A stretch of DNA of 64,000 nucleotides, from assembly GCA_017621085.1 (NCBI GenBank), contig JAGATW010000074.1, positions 4,224-68,223 on the forward strand. Reading direction: 5' to 3'. This DNA comes from Clostridia bacterium. Lineage in GTDB: Bacteria > Bacillota > Clostridia > Oscillospirales > CAG-272. The translations under genes and the position numbers were made by a program. The notes under the pieces were generated by a model. It was given only the letters and a program-made list of their open reading frames with translations, made no database searches and had not been told where the DNA came from. Positions 55,346 to 63,451 of the stretch are shown piece after piece. The first letter of the stretch is position 1. Each line of letters starts with the position of its first letter.

Positions 55346-57439
55346 TTAAACTATTTTTTTCAAATCTATGGTGTTCTTTGCCATGATTTTTTCTTTCATT
55401 TTAATGTACTCATGACATTTTTCAGGGTCATCTATACCCATTGCGTACTTTATATAGTCGTAAAGAACGTCGGCAATTAACTGAGATGGTACAGAATTAC
55501 AGGACAGCCGTTGAGGGGAAATGTTAAACCATAGTCCCGTAACAGGCATTTGATTAGCTGATAATGCAGGCTGAACATAGTCAAAGTCAAGGTGCCAAAA
55601 GTTATTCTTGTTCCAAAAATATAAGTACTTTTTAATGCCGGCTCTACTATGCTCAGGAGAGTCAATTTCACAACAAATATAGTCAAGAGGCTTTTTATTT
55701 GCTTGATATGCATCCTGTGATAAAATAGAGGTAACGTGCTTATATATCATTGTGCCGATTCCACTTGATTGCAAGTCGTTTTTAACAGCCAAAAATTCAA
55801 TAACACCGGCATTGCTCTTTTTGTAATAGTTGAATATACATCCACCGACAACACGGTCGTTTTCGTCCTTTGCTAAAATAATGTGATACTTATATTCCTT
55901 AGCATCAATACCCTGCCTTAGATAAAGCAAGAAATTATCAAAGCTCTCACGCTCATCATCATCGGGAAAGGCTTCCATATAAATATCGGTATAAAACTGT
56001 CCAAGGTCTGAAACTGTGCTTTGGTTCTTGTAGGATACCTCAACGTATTTTAGCGAATTGCTTGGAGTAAAGAATTCATCATAAGCTGCAAAAACATCAG
56101 CAGGAGAATGCTTAGGCTCCATATAAATATTATCCTTTAACATTTTTCCGAATGGAGTTTTAGAATTAAAAACCTCTTGATATTTTTTTGTGCATTCTGT
56201 GGCGATTTTGTCGTTCATAGCGCACACAAAACGATATTTACGCTCTGCATTTTCAGGATCGGAATAAATGCTCTCAAAATGCTTTAAGCTCTTGTCAATT
56301 AACGTGTCTATAAGAAATTCGTAGGTTGAATTGTTGGCAAGGTTAGCATGCTCGAAAAACGCAACGCTTTTTTCAGGCTTAAAGGAAAATTCATCAGCTT
56401 CAAGCTCGAACAAAATCCATACATATGCTGTGCTGTAATATTTTTTCGCCTTGTAGTTCAAGCAGGATGAAAAATCATTAATTTTTGTACCGAAGGACAA
56501 ATCTCCATGTTCAATCTTATCATAGAAATATGCGTTATCGGGATTAATATTTGTACGTAGAGCAGAGTAAAAGGGTTTTTTGTCATAAAGTGTTACATCA
56601 GCAGAAATCAAAGCACCGTATCGTCTGTCGGCGTTGTCCAAGAATCTGGCCCTTAATTTGTCGGCAACATCGCTTTCCGTATCTGCAATTGCAGGTATGG
56701 AGTTACTTTCGTCACCGTATGAAAGCTGACATAAGCCTGCCCAATATTTTTTATATTCCAATTCATAGCTTGGACCCCAAAGCAGCCAAGCAAAGGTGAA
56801 ATACAATTCGTTTGAAAGAACATTTTTGTTTTGTATATTATCGTTTTCGGTTATGTAAGCTGTTGAAACATATCGCTTAATAAACTCCTCCCAGCTTTCC
56901 TCGTATTGAGAAAGCAAGCCCGTTAACAAGCAGGTAGGTGTAGCATAAGCCTCCTCTATGTGTAGAGAAATAACAAAGGATAATTGCTCCCCTTGAATAC
57001 CAAAGGCGTGTCTTACCTTTTTTTGAGAGAAAAATTTAAAATATCTTTCAGTAGCAACAGAAAAATCTGTTTCAATTAAGGGTGTGCAGTTTGGAATTGT
57101 GTAGCTAAGTCTGTTTTGGTCACTATCGGAATAGAAGGCCTTGAAGCTGTTAAGAATGCTTTGCCACTCTGTGCTGATTACAGGGCGACCACCTGTTTCC
57201 AACATTGCATATTCAATAAAGGCTCTTTTTTTCACCTGTGATTTTCTGCAAATGAATAAAGCCTTCATACGTGCAAAAAAGCCCATACCACAGGGACCTA
57301 AAATCTTTTTAAGTGCCTTGGAAAACTTGTTAATCATAATAAAGAAAAACGTTACAACAGAAATTATAATTGCCATAAATTCCAAGACATTCAGAAAAAT
57401 TTCTATTGTTGAAAATAAATTGTCAAAAAAGCTTGCCAT
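55346..57439 (-). CDS. membrane-anchored protein with an unassigned central region and a C-terminal GNAT-like acetyltransferase domain (697 aa)
   Basis: One N-terminal TM helix (IFLNVLEFMAIIISVVTFFFIMI). About 440 aa carry no motif I recognise. In aa 478-650 or so, ...YHIILAKDENDRVVGGCIFNYY...VIEFLAVKNDLQSSGIGTMIYKHV is a GNAT motif-A-like (Q/R-x-x-G-x-G/A) pattern. Confidence 0.65.
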   Translation of the reverse strand: MASFFDNLFSTIEIFLNVLEFMAIIISVVTFFFIMINKFSKALKKILGPCGMGFFARMKALFICRKSQVKKRAFIEYAMLETGGRPVISTEWQSILNSFKAFYSDSDQNRLSYTIPNCTPLIETDFSVATERYFKFFSQKKVRHAFGIQGEQLSFVISLHIEEAYATPTCLLTGLLSQYEESWEEFIKRYVSTAYITENDNIQNKNVLSNELYFTFAWLLWGPSYELEYKKYWAGLCQLSYGDESNSIPAIADTESDVADKLRARFLDNADRRYGALISADVTLYDKKPFYSALRTNINPDNAYFYDKIEHGDLSFGTKINDFSSCLNYKAKKYYSTAYVWILFELEADEFSFKPEKSVAFFEHANLANNSTYEFLIDTLIDKSLKHFESIYSDPENAERKYRFVCAMNDKIATECTKKYQEVFNSKTPFGKMLKDNIYMEPKHSPADVFAAYDEFFTPSNSLKYVEVSYKNQSTVSDLGQFYTDIYMEAFPDDDERESFDNFLLYLRQGIDAKEYKYHIILAKDENDRVVGGCIFNYYKKSNAGVIEFLAVKNDLQSSGIGTMIYKHVTSILSQDAYQANKKPLDYICCEIDSPEHSRAGIKKYLYFWNKNNFWHLDFDYVQPALSANQMPVTGLWFNISPQRLSCNSVPSQLIADVLYDYIKYAMGIDDPEKCHEYIKMKEKIMAKNTIDLKKIV

Positions 57440-57470
57440 ACTGCCCCCATTAAATGAAAATTACAATTAA

Positions 57471-57499
57471 ATTATAGCAAATACAATCAACCCATTCAA
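57471..57499 (-). promoter_or_regulatory. putative sigma-A promoter of the GNAT-TIR operon
   Basis: Minus strand TTGAAT, 17 nt spacer, TGcTATAAT. GGGGG RBS lies 5 nt before the ATG at 57439. Confidence 0.55.
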
Positions 57500-57582
57500 G
57501 AGTTATTTCAAAATTTTATCAATAATTAAATTATAAAAAGCTTGCTTTATAAATATTTCTTGTAAGGGCTATATTCAGCAAA

Positions 57583-57621
57583 TAAAAAACAGGTATGTCA
57601 ATGAGCCTTTGCATACCTGTT
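57583..57621 (-). terminator. rho-independent terminator after the ECF-S::LarA gene
   Basis: Stem ACAGGTATG/CATACCTGT, followed on the minus strand by TTTTTTATTT. Confidence 0.7.
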
Positions 57622-57627
57622 TTTCGC

Positions 57628-59466
57628 TTATTTTTCTACAATTACAGACACTCCGTCGGGGATAGCAACAATTTTTAAATTGTTTTTGCCTAAAATTGAG
57701 CGTGCCTTTTTTAACGCCTCGTCGATGGAATGAGCAGGGATTAGGTGCATTTTTTCAATTACATCATCCGGCATTTGGGAAATGTAAATAACTCTTGCGT
57801 GTAAAAGCACTCTTAAAAGAATTTGGGTTTGCCATTGGTCAGGCACAGTTTCACTCCTTGCTCGTGAAAGGAACAAATCCATAGTTTTTGTAATGTCCGT
57901 TTCATCTGCTAATTGGTGATAAAAATGGTCCCCACCAATGCCGTCATTGGATTTTGCAAGCATAATAATTACGCCACCCTTTTTAACGGTTGCCTCACCT
58001 GCTGTCATACCCTTAACCGCTTGATATACATTTTGGTCAAGTGGGTAGCCACCGTTTGTGGTAATTACCACATCAGCCTCCTTGGCTTTAACACCGCAAA
58101 GAGAGGACAAAAATTCCGTACCCCTTTTGTGTGCCATTTCCATTTCACCTGCAACTGCATAAATAACCTGCTTTTCGCTATTTAATACTACATTGACAAT
58201 AAAATCAAGCCCTGCTGCTTTAGCACCCCATACCATATCCTTGTGTATTGGGTTGTTTTCTAAAATACCTGTTCTTGCATTTTCATTTGCAATAAACTCG
58301 GAGCAGTGGTTGGCAAGGACTGTTTTTCTTGCGCATACTCCCGGCAACACGCTTTTACGTCCGCCACTAAAGCCTGCAAAAAAGTGTGGCTCAATAAAGC
58401 CCTCGGAAACTAAAAGGTCGGCTTCATAGGCAATTTTGTTTATGACGCACTCACCACCTGAGGGAAGCGTGCCTATTGATACAAGCTTGTCCGTTTCATC
58501 ACAGTCGTGTATGTAAATATTTTCCTTTTCCACAATTTCACTGCCGAATTTAGAAATAAGCTCATCCTTAGTTGTACCACGGTGACAGCCTGTTGCAATT
58601 AAAATTGTAATTTTGGCATTTGGTGAGCCACGTCTTATTTCCTCAAGCATAATAGGCATAATAATTTTGCTTGGCACGGGACGTGTATGGTCACTTGCAA
58701 TAATAACTATATTTTTCTTGCCCTTGGCAAGCTCGCAAAGACGAGGTGAATTAACAGGATTTAAAATAGCATCCTTTACAAGGTCATATTCGTTTTGTGA
58801 TGGTACATAAGTATTAATTGATGATTCCAAAACACCTAAAAGCTCATTTTCATTAAAGCTATGCTCAAGAAAATCCTTGCCATATGGAAATTTAACATTA
58901 ATCATTTTTTCGCCTTTCCTTTTGTCTTCAAGATGTGTGTATATGCGTATAATATTAGGCACAAGTATTAGCTGTGCTATAATGCCGGGAAAAGCATCAA
59001 TAAAGCCACCTACCAAAAATGCCTGGAATGGAAATGGCTTGTCAGCCACGCCTAATAAAATTGCTTTGGAAAAACCCCAAACAACTCTGCCGATAAGCAT
59101 AGAGGAAATAAGGGATACATAAAGGGCAAGGTAGCCCTTTTTCTTAAACAGCCTATATACTAAGGCTATTACAAGACCGTAGGTGGCAAGCTCCAGGCTC
59201 ATCCAAACAGCATTTGGGTAAAGTGGTGGCATACCAAAAATAAAGCTGCGCATAAACGGTAAAATCAATCCAACGCACAAGCCATATTCCCACCCACATA
59301 TTAAGCCACATAGCATAACGGGTAAGTGCATTGGTAAAAGAGAATCGCCAATTTCTTTAATTTGCCCTGTAAGAAGTGGTAAAATAAGACCGAGAGCTAA
59401 AAAAAGAGCTGCAAAAACAAGGGATTTTAAATTCTTATTCATTCGTTTATTATTTTTACTTGACAT
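57628..59466 (-). CDS. fusion protein: ECF-transporter S-component-like membrane domain plus LarA-family (DUF2088) nickel-pincer racemase/epimerase domain
   Basis: A single open frame of 612 codons.
- aa 1-187: hydrophobic, with LLPMHLPVMLCGLICGWEYG... (ECF_trnsprt-like).
- aa 188-612: start MINVKFPYGKDF and carry IASDHTRP, EPHFFAGFSGGRKSVLPG and LANH, matching LarA catalytic and cofactor residues from memory.
- Alternative start: ATG at 59442, which forms an ATGA overlap with the upstream stop.
- Internal RBS-like AAAAGGAAAGG at 58913-58923. Confidence 0.7.
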   Translation of the reverse strand: MSSKNNKRMNKNLKSLVFAALFLALGLILPLLTGQIKEIGDSLLPMHLPVMLCGLICGWEYGLCVGLILPFMRSFIFGMPPLYPNAVWMSLELATYGLVIALVYRLFKKKGYLALYVSLISSMLIGRVVWGFSKAILLGVADKPFPFQAFLVGGFIDAFPGIIAQLILVPNIIRIYTHLEDKRKGEKMINVKFPYGKDFLEHSFNENELLGVLESSINTYVPSQNEYDLVKDAILNPVNSPRLCELAKGKKNIVIIASDHTRPVPSKIIMPIMLEEIRRGSPNAKITILIATGCHRGTTKDELISKFGSEIVEKENIYIHDCDETDKLVSIGTLPSGGECVINKIAYEADLLVSEGFIEPHFFAGFSGGRKSVLPGVCARKTVLANHCSEFIANENARTGILENNPIHKDMVWGAKAAGLDFIVNVVLNSEKQVIYAVAGEMEMAHKRGTEFLSSLCGVKAKEADVVITTNGGYPLDQNVYQAVKGMTAGEATVKKGGVIIMLAKSNDGIGGDHFYHQLADETDITKTMDLFLSRARSETVPDQWQTQILLRVLLHARVIYISQMPDDVIEKMHLIPAHSIDEALKKARSILGKNNLKIVAIPDGVSVIVEK

Positions 59467-59954
59467 ACTTTCATAGCCTCGAGCGCACGCTTGTGACTTT
59501 CGGGAGTTACCCCTGCACAGCCACGTGCATCAACAATTAATGGAATTTCGGGAAAGAATGCTTTTGTTACCATTACATTTGAAATTACGCAAATGTCTGT
59601 ACAAAGACCTAAAAAGGTAATGCTTTCAATTTCCCCCTGTGATTTTAAAACCTCAACCAAATCACTTGACCCAAAGGTAAGCTTATCAATTGGCTCAGTT
59701 GTGCGAAGAGTGTCAAGCTCCTTTCTTATTTTCCAGCCATATGTACCCTTTATACAATGAGGCACAGGAAGATTTTTACCCTCTTGACTTTCCATATAAT
59801 TTTCAAAATGGGTATCTCTTGTAAAGAACACCTTACCGTCAAAGCCTTCTATAACCTCTTTGACATATGGCACAATCTTTAATGCCTCGCTTGTACCAAG
59901 TGCGCCGTCAATAAAATCATTTTGCATATCTACAACAATTAAAATTTTTGACAT
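59439..59954 (-). CDS. isochorismatase-family cysteine hydrolase (nicotinamidase PncA-like)
   Basis: The N-terminus MSKILIVVDMQNDFIDGALG and the catalytic-Cys context FLGLCTDICV fit the family. I prefer the ATG at 59954 (AAGGAG RBS). Confidence 0.7.
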   Translation of the reverse strand: MSKILIVVDMQNDFIDGALGTSEALKIVPYVKEVIEGFDGKVFFTRDTHFENYMESQEGKNLPVPHCIKGTYGWKIRKELDTLRTTEPIDKLTFGSSDLVEVLKSQGEIESITFLGLCTDICVISNVMVTKAFFPEIPLIVDARGCAGVTPESHKRALEAMKVCQVKIINE

Positions 59955-60021
59955 AATACTACTCCTTAGGCTCAGTTTGTTTAATTGTAGCATAAAACTG
60001 TTAAAACTTCAACTGTTTACT

Positions 60022-60060
60022 CAATAAAAAATGCGAAGCACCTTTGTTGGTGCTTCGCAT
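60022..60060 (-). terminator. rho-independent terminator after the cvpA-like gene
   Basis: 12 bp stem ATGCGAAGCACC/GGTGCTTCGCAT, followed on the minus strand by TTTTTATTG. Confidence 0.75.
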
Positions 60061-60064
60061 AGCT

Positions 60065-60823
60065 TTATGCCATTACGTTTTGAATGGTAGTAGTTATGTT
60101 TTGAAAAATTGCTGTAATTGTGCCAATGGTGTCAAACTCAGCTAAGAATTTGAATACAAAGGAGCTTTCGTAAATCGGCATAACCTGAACGCTACTGTCA
60201 AAGGCAACAACAACCTGAAATGCTGTTCTTGTAAGAATGGAAAGACCGATAACCGCAGCATAACCAAGGGCTAAGCCTGTTAAAAATCCACCTATGTAGT
60301 CGAATACACGGAAGAAGGAGTGTCTTGAGTCCTTCTTCAATTCGTAGGAAATCCACTTCATAAATAACCAAGGAATAAGGAAACCGACTAAAAGACCGAG
60401 GATACTTGAAATTGTGTAAACACAAGGAGAAGCAATTCGCTCTGCCATTGTGCGGATAATTTCATCAGATGCCTCTGTATAAGCACCGAATTCTGCCTCA
60501 AGAGATGTTAAGCTTGCGCCAAGACCGTCAAGGAAGTTGACAAAATTATCAGGCATAGATTCAAAAAGCTCTGCAAGATTATAGCCGTTTGCGTTGTGCT
60601 CAATAAGCTCAATTAAGGATGCGTGAACCGCATTAGTTACAAAATCAGTAATAAACACATTTTCAAGGAAGGAGGTAATTAATGGACCGATAACAAGAGC
60701 GCAAGCAATTGCAAGCCACGTTTTACCAATCTTAAAAAGCGCACGGTCAAGACCGTACTTAGTAAAGAAAACAAGAATGCTCAAGAAAATAATAATTAAA
60801 AGAGCATCAATTAAAATCGACAT
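60065..60823 (-). CDS. CvpA-family membrane protein (tentative)
   Basis: The N-terminus MSILIDALLIIIFLSILVFFTKYG resembles CvpA, and the protein has 4-5 TM helices. ATG at 60823 follows a GGAGG RBS. Confidence 0.45.
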   Translation of the reverse strand: MSILIDALLIIIFLSILVFFTKYGLDRALFKIGKTWLAIACALVIGPLITSFLENVFITDFVTNAVHASLIELIEHNANGYNLAELFESMPDNFVNFLDGLGASLTSLEAEFGAYTEASDEIIRTMAERIASPCVYTISSILGLLVGFLIPWLFMKWISYELKKDSRHSFFRVFDYIGGFLTGLALGYAAVIGLSILTRTAFQVVVAFDSSVQVMPIYESSFVFKFLAEFDTIGTITAIFQNITTTIQNVMA

Positions 60824-61053
60824 AAAAATGTCCTCCGTCAAAATAATGAATACATTGTAACATAGTTAAAGCAGAAAATCAACACAAACGACAATTTTCT
60901 CAAATAATTGTGTGTACACACATTTATAGTAACGGCTTTAATCGGAAATTAACAAATCAACTATATAAATAACGCTCAAAATATTACCATCGCACGAATG
61001 TTGACAAAATGTGAATTTTATGTTATAATTGTTAAAAAACTTTAGGAGAAATT

Positions 61054-61797
61054 ATGACTTGGGGCTTTTTTAGTATTGGACATATTATATCATTAATATT
61101 GGCAATAGGAATTATAGCCAGTCTTTATTTTGCCTTAAAAAAGGCAAGTGAAAGAATAAAAATAACAGTATTAGGTATTCTTTCCTTTGCGGGAATAGGG
61201 GCTATAATATACAACTTAATTGTTTGGAATTCCCCTCTTGAATATTTGCCACTGCACTTATGCTCACTTAATGCTATGGTGTTACCCTTTGCAGTATTTA
61301 CAAGGAATAAAACACTAAATAATTTATTGCTTTTATGGTCTATCGGCGCACTTTTTGCCTTGGTAATAAACGTTTCCGTTTCATCGGTTGAAATATTTAG
61401 CTGGACCTTTGTTTTCTATTATTTCCCACACGTTTTAGAGCTTGGTATTCCAATTTTAATGTTCCTTTTGGGACTTGCTAAAAAGGATGTAAAATGTATT
61501 ATAAGTACTGTTGGAATTACAATTGGCGCATACACCGTAATTCACCTTATTAATTTATGGATTAACAGCTACGCAATAAAGAACAACATAGTTGACTGGG
61601 CAGGCAATGTAATTAAGGTAAATTATATGTATTCAATTTACCCTGACAACCCACTTTTAAACCTGTTTTACAGTATAATCCCACACCAATATTGGTATAT
61701 GTATTTAGCCGTTTTGGTGGTTATCTTGTACTTAGGCTTGATATATTTAAATGATATAATTGCGTTAATTAAAAATAAAAGAAATGCCACTGTTTAG
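61054..61797 (+). CDS. integral membrane protein (YwaF/TIGR02206-like, tentative)
   Basis: 247 aa with about 7 TM helices and the PLHLCSLN motif that I associate with the TIGR02206 family. AGGAG RBS. Confidence 0.4.
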   Translation: MTWGFFSIGHIISLILAIGIIASLYFALKKASERIKITVLGILSFAGIGAIIYNLIVWNSPLEYLPLHLCSLNAMVLPFAVFTRNKTLNNLLLLWSIGALFALVINVSVSSVEIFSWTFVFYYFPHVLELGIPILMFLLGLAKKDVKCIISTVGITIGAYTVIHLINLWINSYAIKNNIVDWAGNVIKVNYMYSIYPDNPLLNLFYSIIPHQYWYMYLAVLVVILYLGLIYLNDIIALIKNKRNATV

Positions 61798-61837
61798 GTG
61801 TACCTGCCACAGAGCAGTTTTATATCAAAGCATAAAA

Positions 61838-61858
61838 GGGACGAGATTTTCTCGTCCC
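61838..61858 (+). terminator. hairpin (weak terminator candidate)
   Basis: Stem GGGACGAG/CTCGTCCC with loop ATTTT. No clear T-run follows. Confidence 0.35.
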
Positions 61859-61900
61859 TATAGTCTGTTATACGATATTTTGTTTTTCAAAGGAATATAA

Positions 61901-62078
61901 GTGATGTTTTTGCTCACGCAAAAATGATGTTACTCACTTAGTTCGCAACGATGTGATGCTTGCCCACTGTACCGTAGGTACAACATCACAGCCGTAGGCT
62001 ACATCATTAGGCGAAGCCGACATCATTTGCCCGTGAGGGCAAACATCGTTCGGCGTCCTGCGATAAAGCGGGACGCCG
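61901..62078. repeat. mini-hairpin / word array 2 (inverted halves)
   Basis: Right half: ACATCA-type words four times (CAACATCACA 61981, TACATCATT 62000, GACATCATTT 62019, AAACATCGTT 62041), separated by GCCGTAGGC, GGCGAAGCC and GCCCGTGAGGGC. Left half: the complementary word GATGT three times (61901, 61921, 61947), with complementary-type hairpins such as GCTCACGC. The array ends with an 8 bp hairpin, CGGCGTCC..GGACGCCG. Confidence 0.7.
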
Positions 62079-62120
62079 TTTAGGTGGCATTTTTTATGCT
62101 CATAAATTTAATAAATTGTA

Positions 62121-62150
62121 TTGACATTGCTATCTTAATAATGTTAAAAT
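62121..62150 (+). promoter_or_regulatory. putative sigma-A promoter of the oxidoreductase gene
   Basis: TTGACA (62121-62126), 18 nt spacer, TGtTAAAAT (62142-62150). GGAGG RBS precedes the ATG at 62189. Confidence 0.5.
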
Positions 62151-62188
62151 AACAATAGCTATAAAACGTAAATTTTGGAGGATTTGTT

Positions 62189-63352
62189 ATGGCTAAAAAA
62201 GATAGCATGAGCATTATGAACGAATATAAAAATGCTCCGCAAAAGGAAAAGGTAGAGTCTGCAAGAAAATTAAAGGTTGGTATTATCGGTACAGGCTGGA
62301 TTGCAGACGCACACGCAAACAAGTATAAGGATATGAGCGACGTTGAGGTTGTAGCCCTTGCTGACTTAGTACCGGGTAAGGCAGAAAAGTTTGCAAAGAA
62401 ATGGGAATTTAACGACGCAAGATGTTATCTTTCCCACAAGGACTTGCTTGATGCAGAAAGCGACCTTGATGCAGTTTCCATTTGTACATACAACAGAACA
62501 CACGCAGAGTGTACAATTTACGCACTTAAAAAGGGTGTAAACGTTCTTTGTGAAAAGCCTATGTCCGTAACTCTTGAAGAGGCTATTGAAATGCGTAAGG
62601 CTGAAAAGGAAAGCGGTAAGCTTCTTTCAATCGGCTTCCAACCAAGAATGGACCCTAATATGAAGAAGATTAAGGAAATTGTAGAGTCAGGTGTTCTTGG
62701 TGAAATTTACTACATTCAAACAGGTGGTGGACGTAGAAGAGGTATTCCAACCCCATTTGGAACAACCTTTATTGAGGACAAAACAGCAGGAATTGGCGCA
62801 ATGGGTGACATTGGCTGTTATTCCTTAGATATGGTGCTTAACGCAATCGGCTATCCAAAGCCACTTACAGTAAGCGGTTATAAGTCCGATTTCTTCGGCA
62901 AGGACCCAAAGACCTATCCTTATCATCCCGAGTATGCTGACCTTTTCGGAGTAGAGGACTTTGCAGCAGGCTTTATTCGTCTTGAGGGTGGTATTATTCT
63001 TGACTTCCGTATTGCGTGGGCAATGAACCTTGACACCCCAGGTGATACAATTATTATGGGTAAAAAGGGCTCACTCCGTATTCCATCTACTGAATGCTGG
63101 AATGGCTCCGTTGGTGGACCTATGAAGGTTTATAGTGAAATGGCCGGCTCACAGGTATGCACAGAAATTCCAATTATCCCATCTCCGGACATTTTCCACG
63201 AAAAGCTTCGTTCCTTCCTTGACGCTATCATCACAGGTGGCAAATCCCCTGTTCCAAGCGAGCAAATTATTATTAACCAAGCAATTATCGACGGTATTAT
63301 CAAATCCGCTAATCTCGGCAAGGAAATCGAAATCCAAATCCCGGAGTTATAA
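62189..63352 (+). CDS. Gfo/Idh/MocA family oxidoreductase
   Basis: 387 aa with an N-terminal Rossmann motif (KVGIIGTGWIA) and the EKP motif (LCEKPMS). Confidence 0.85.
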   Translation: MAKKDSMSIMNEYKNAPQKEKVESARKLKVGIIGTGWIADAHANKYKDMSDVEVVALADLVPGKAEKFAKKWEFNDARCYLSHKDLLDAESDLDAVSICTYNRTHAECTIYALKKGVNVLCEKPMSVTLEEAIEMRKAEKESGKLLSIGFQPRMDPNMKKIKEIVESGVLGEIYYIQTGGGRRRGIPTPFGTTFIEDKTAGIGAMGDIGCYSLDMVLNAIGYPKPLTVSGYKSDFFGKDPKTYPYHPEYADLFGVEDFAAGFIRLEGGIILDFRIAWAMNLDTPGDTIIMGKKGSLRIPSTECWNGSVGGPMKVYSEMAGSQVCTEIPIIPSPDIFHEKLRSFLDAIITGGKSPVPSEQIIINQAIIDGIIKSANLGKEIEIQIPEL

Positions 63353-63356
63353 TTCA

Positions 63357-63386
63357 AAAGCGAGTGCAAACGCACTCGCTTTTTCA
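63357..63386 (+). terminator. rho-independent terminator
   Basis: Stem AGCGAGTGC/GCACTCGCT followed by TTTTT. Confidence 0.8.
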
Positions 63387-63451
63387 ATAATTTATTGAAA
63401 ATTATTGCTTACTGTGGTATAATGCTAATATAAAATAACGGCTGGTGCAAA

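Noticed and set aside
51546-57439. Whether the TIR locus is canonical Thoeris, CBASS, Pycsar or an Avs-type system.
   Set aside because: I found no SIR2, SLOG or Macro effector pattern and no CD-NTase or cyclase motifs. I also saw no STING or SAVED patterns and no TPR-type C-terminal sensor. The only shared element is the TIR domain, so I report the locus as unassigned rather than naming it.
62080-62322. An 80 aa minus-strand ORF across the oxidoreductase promoter and start.
   Set aside because: It lies antisense to the well-supported Gfo/Idh/MocA gene and its promoter. Its hydrophobic, low-complexity translation follows from AT-rich sequence.
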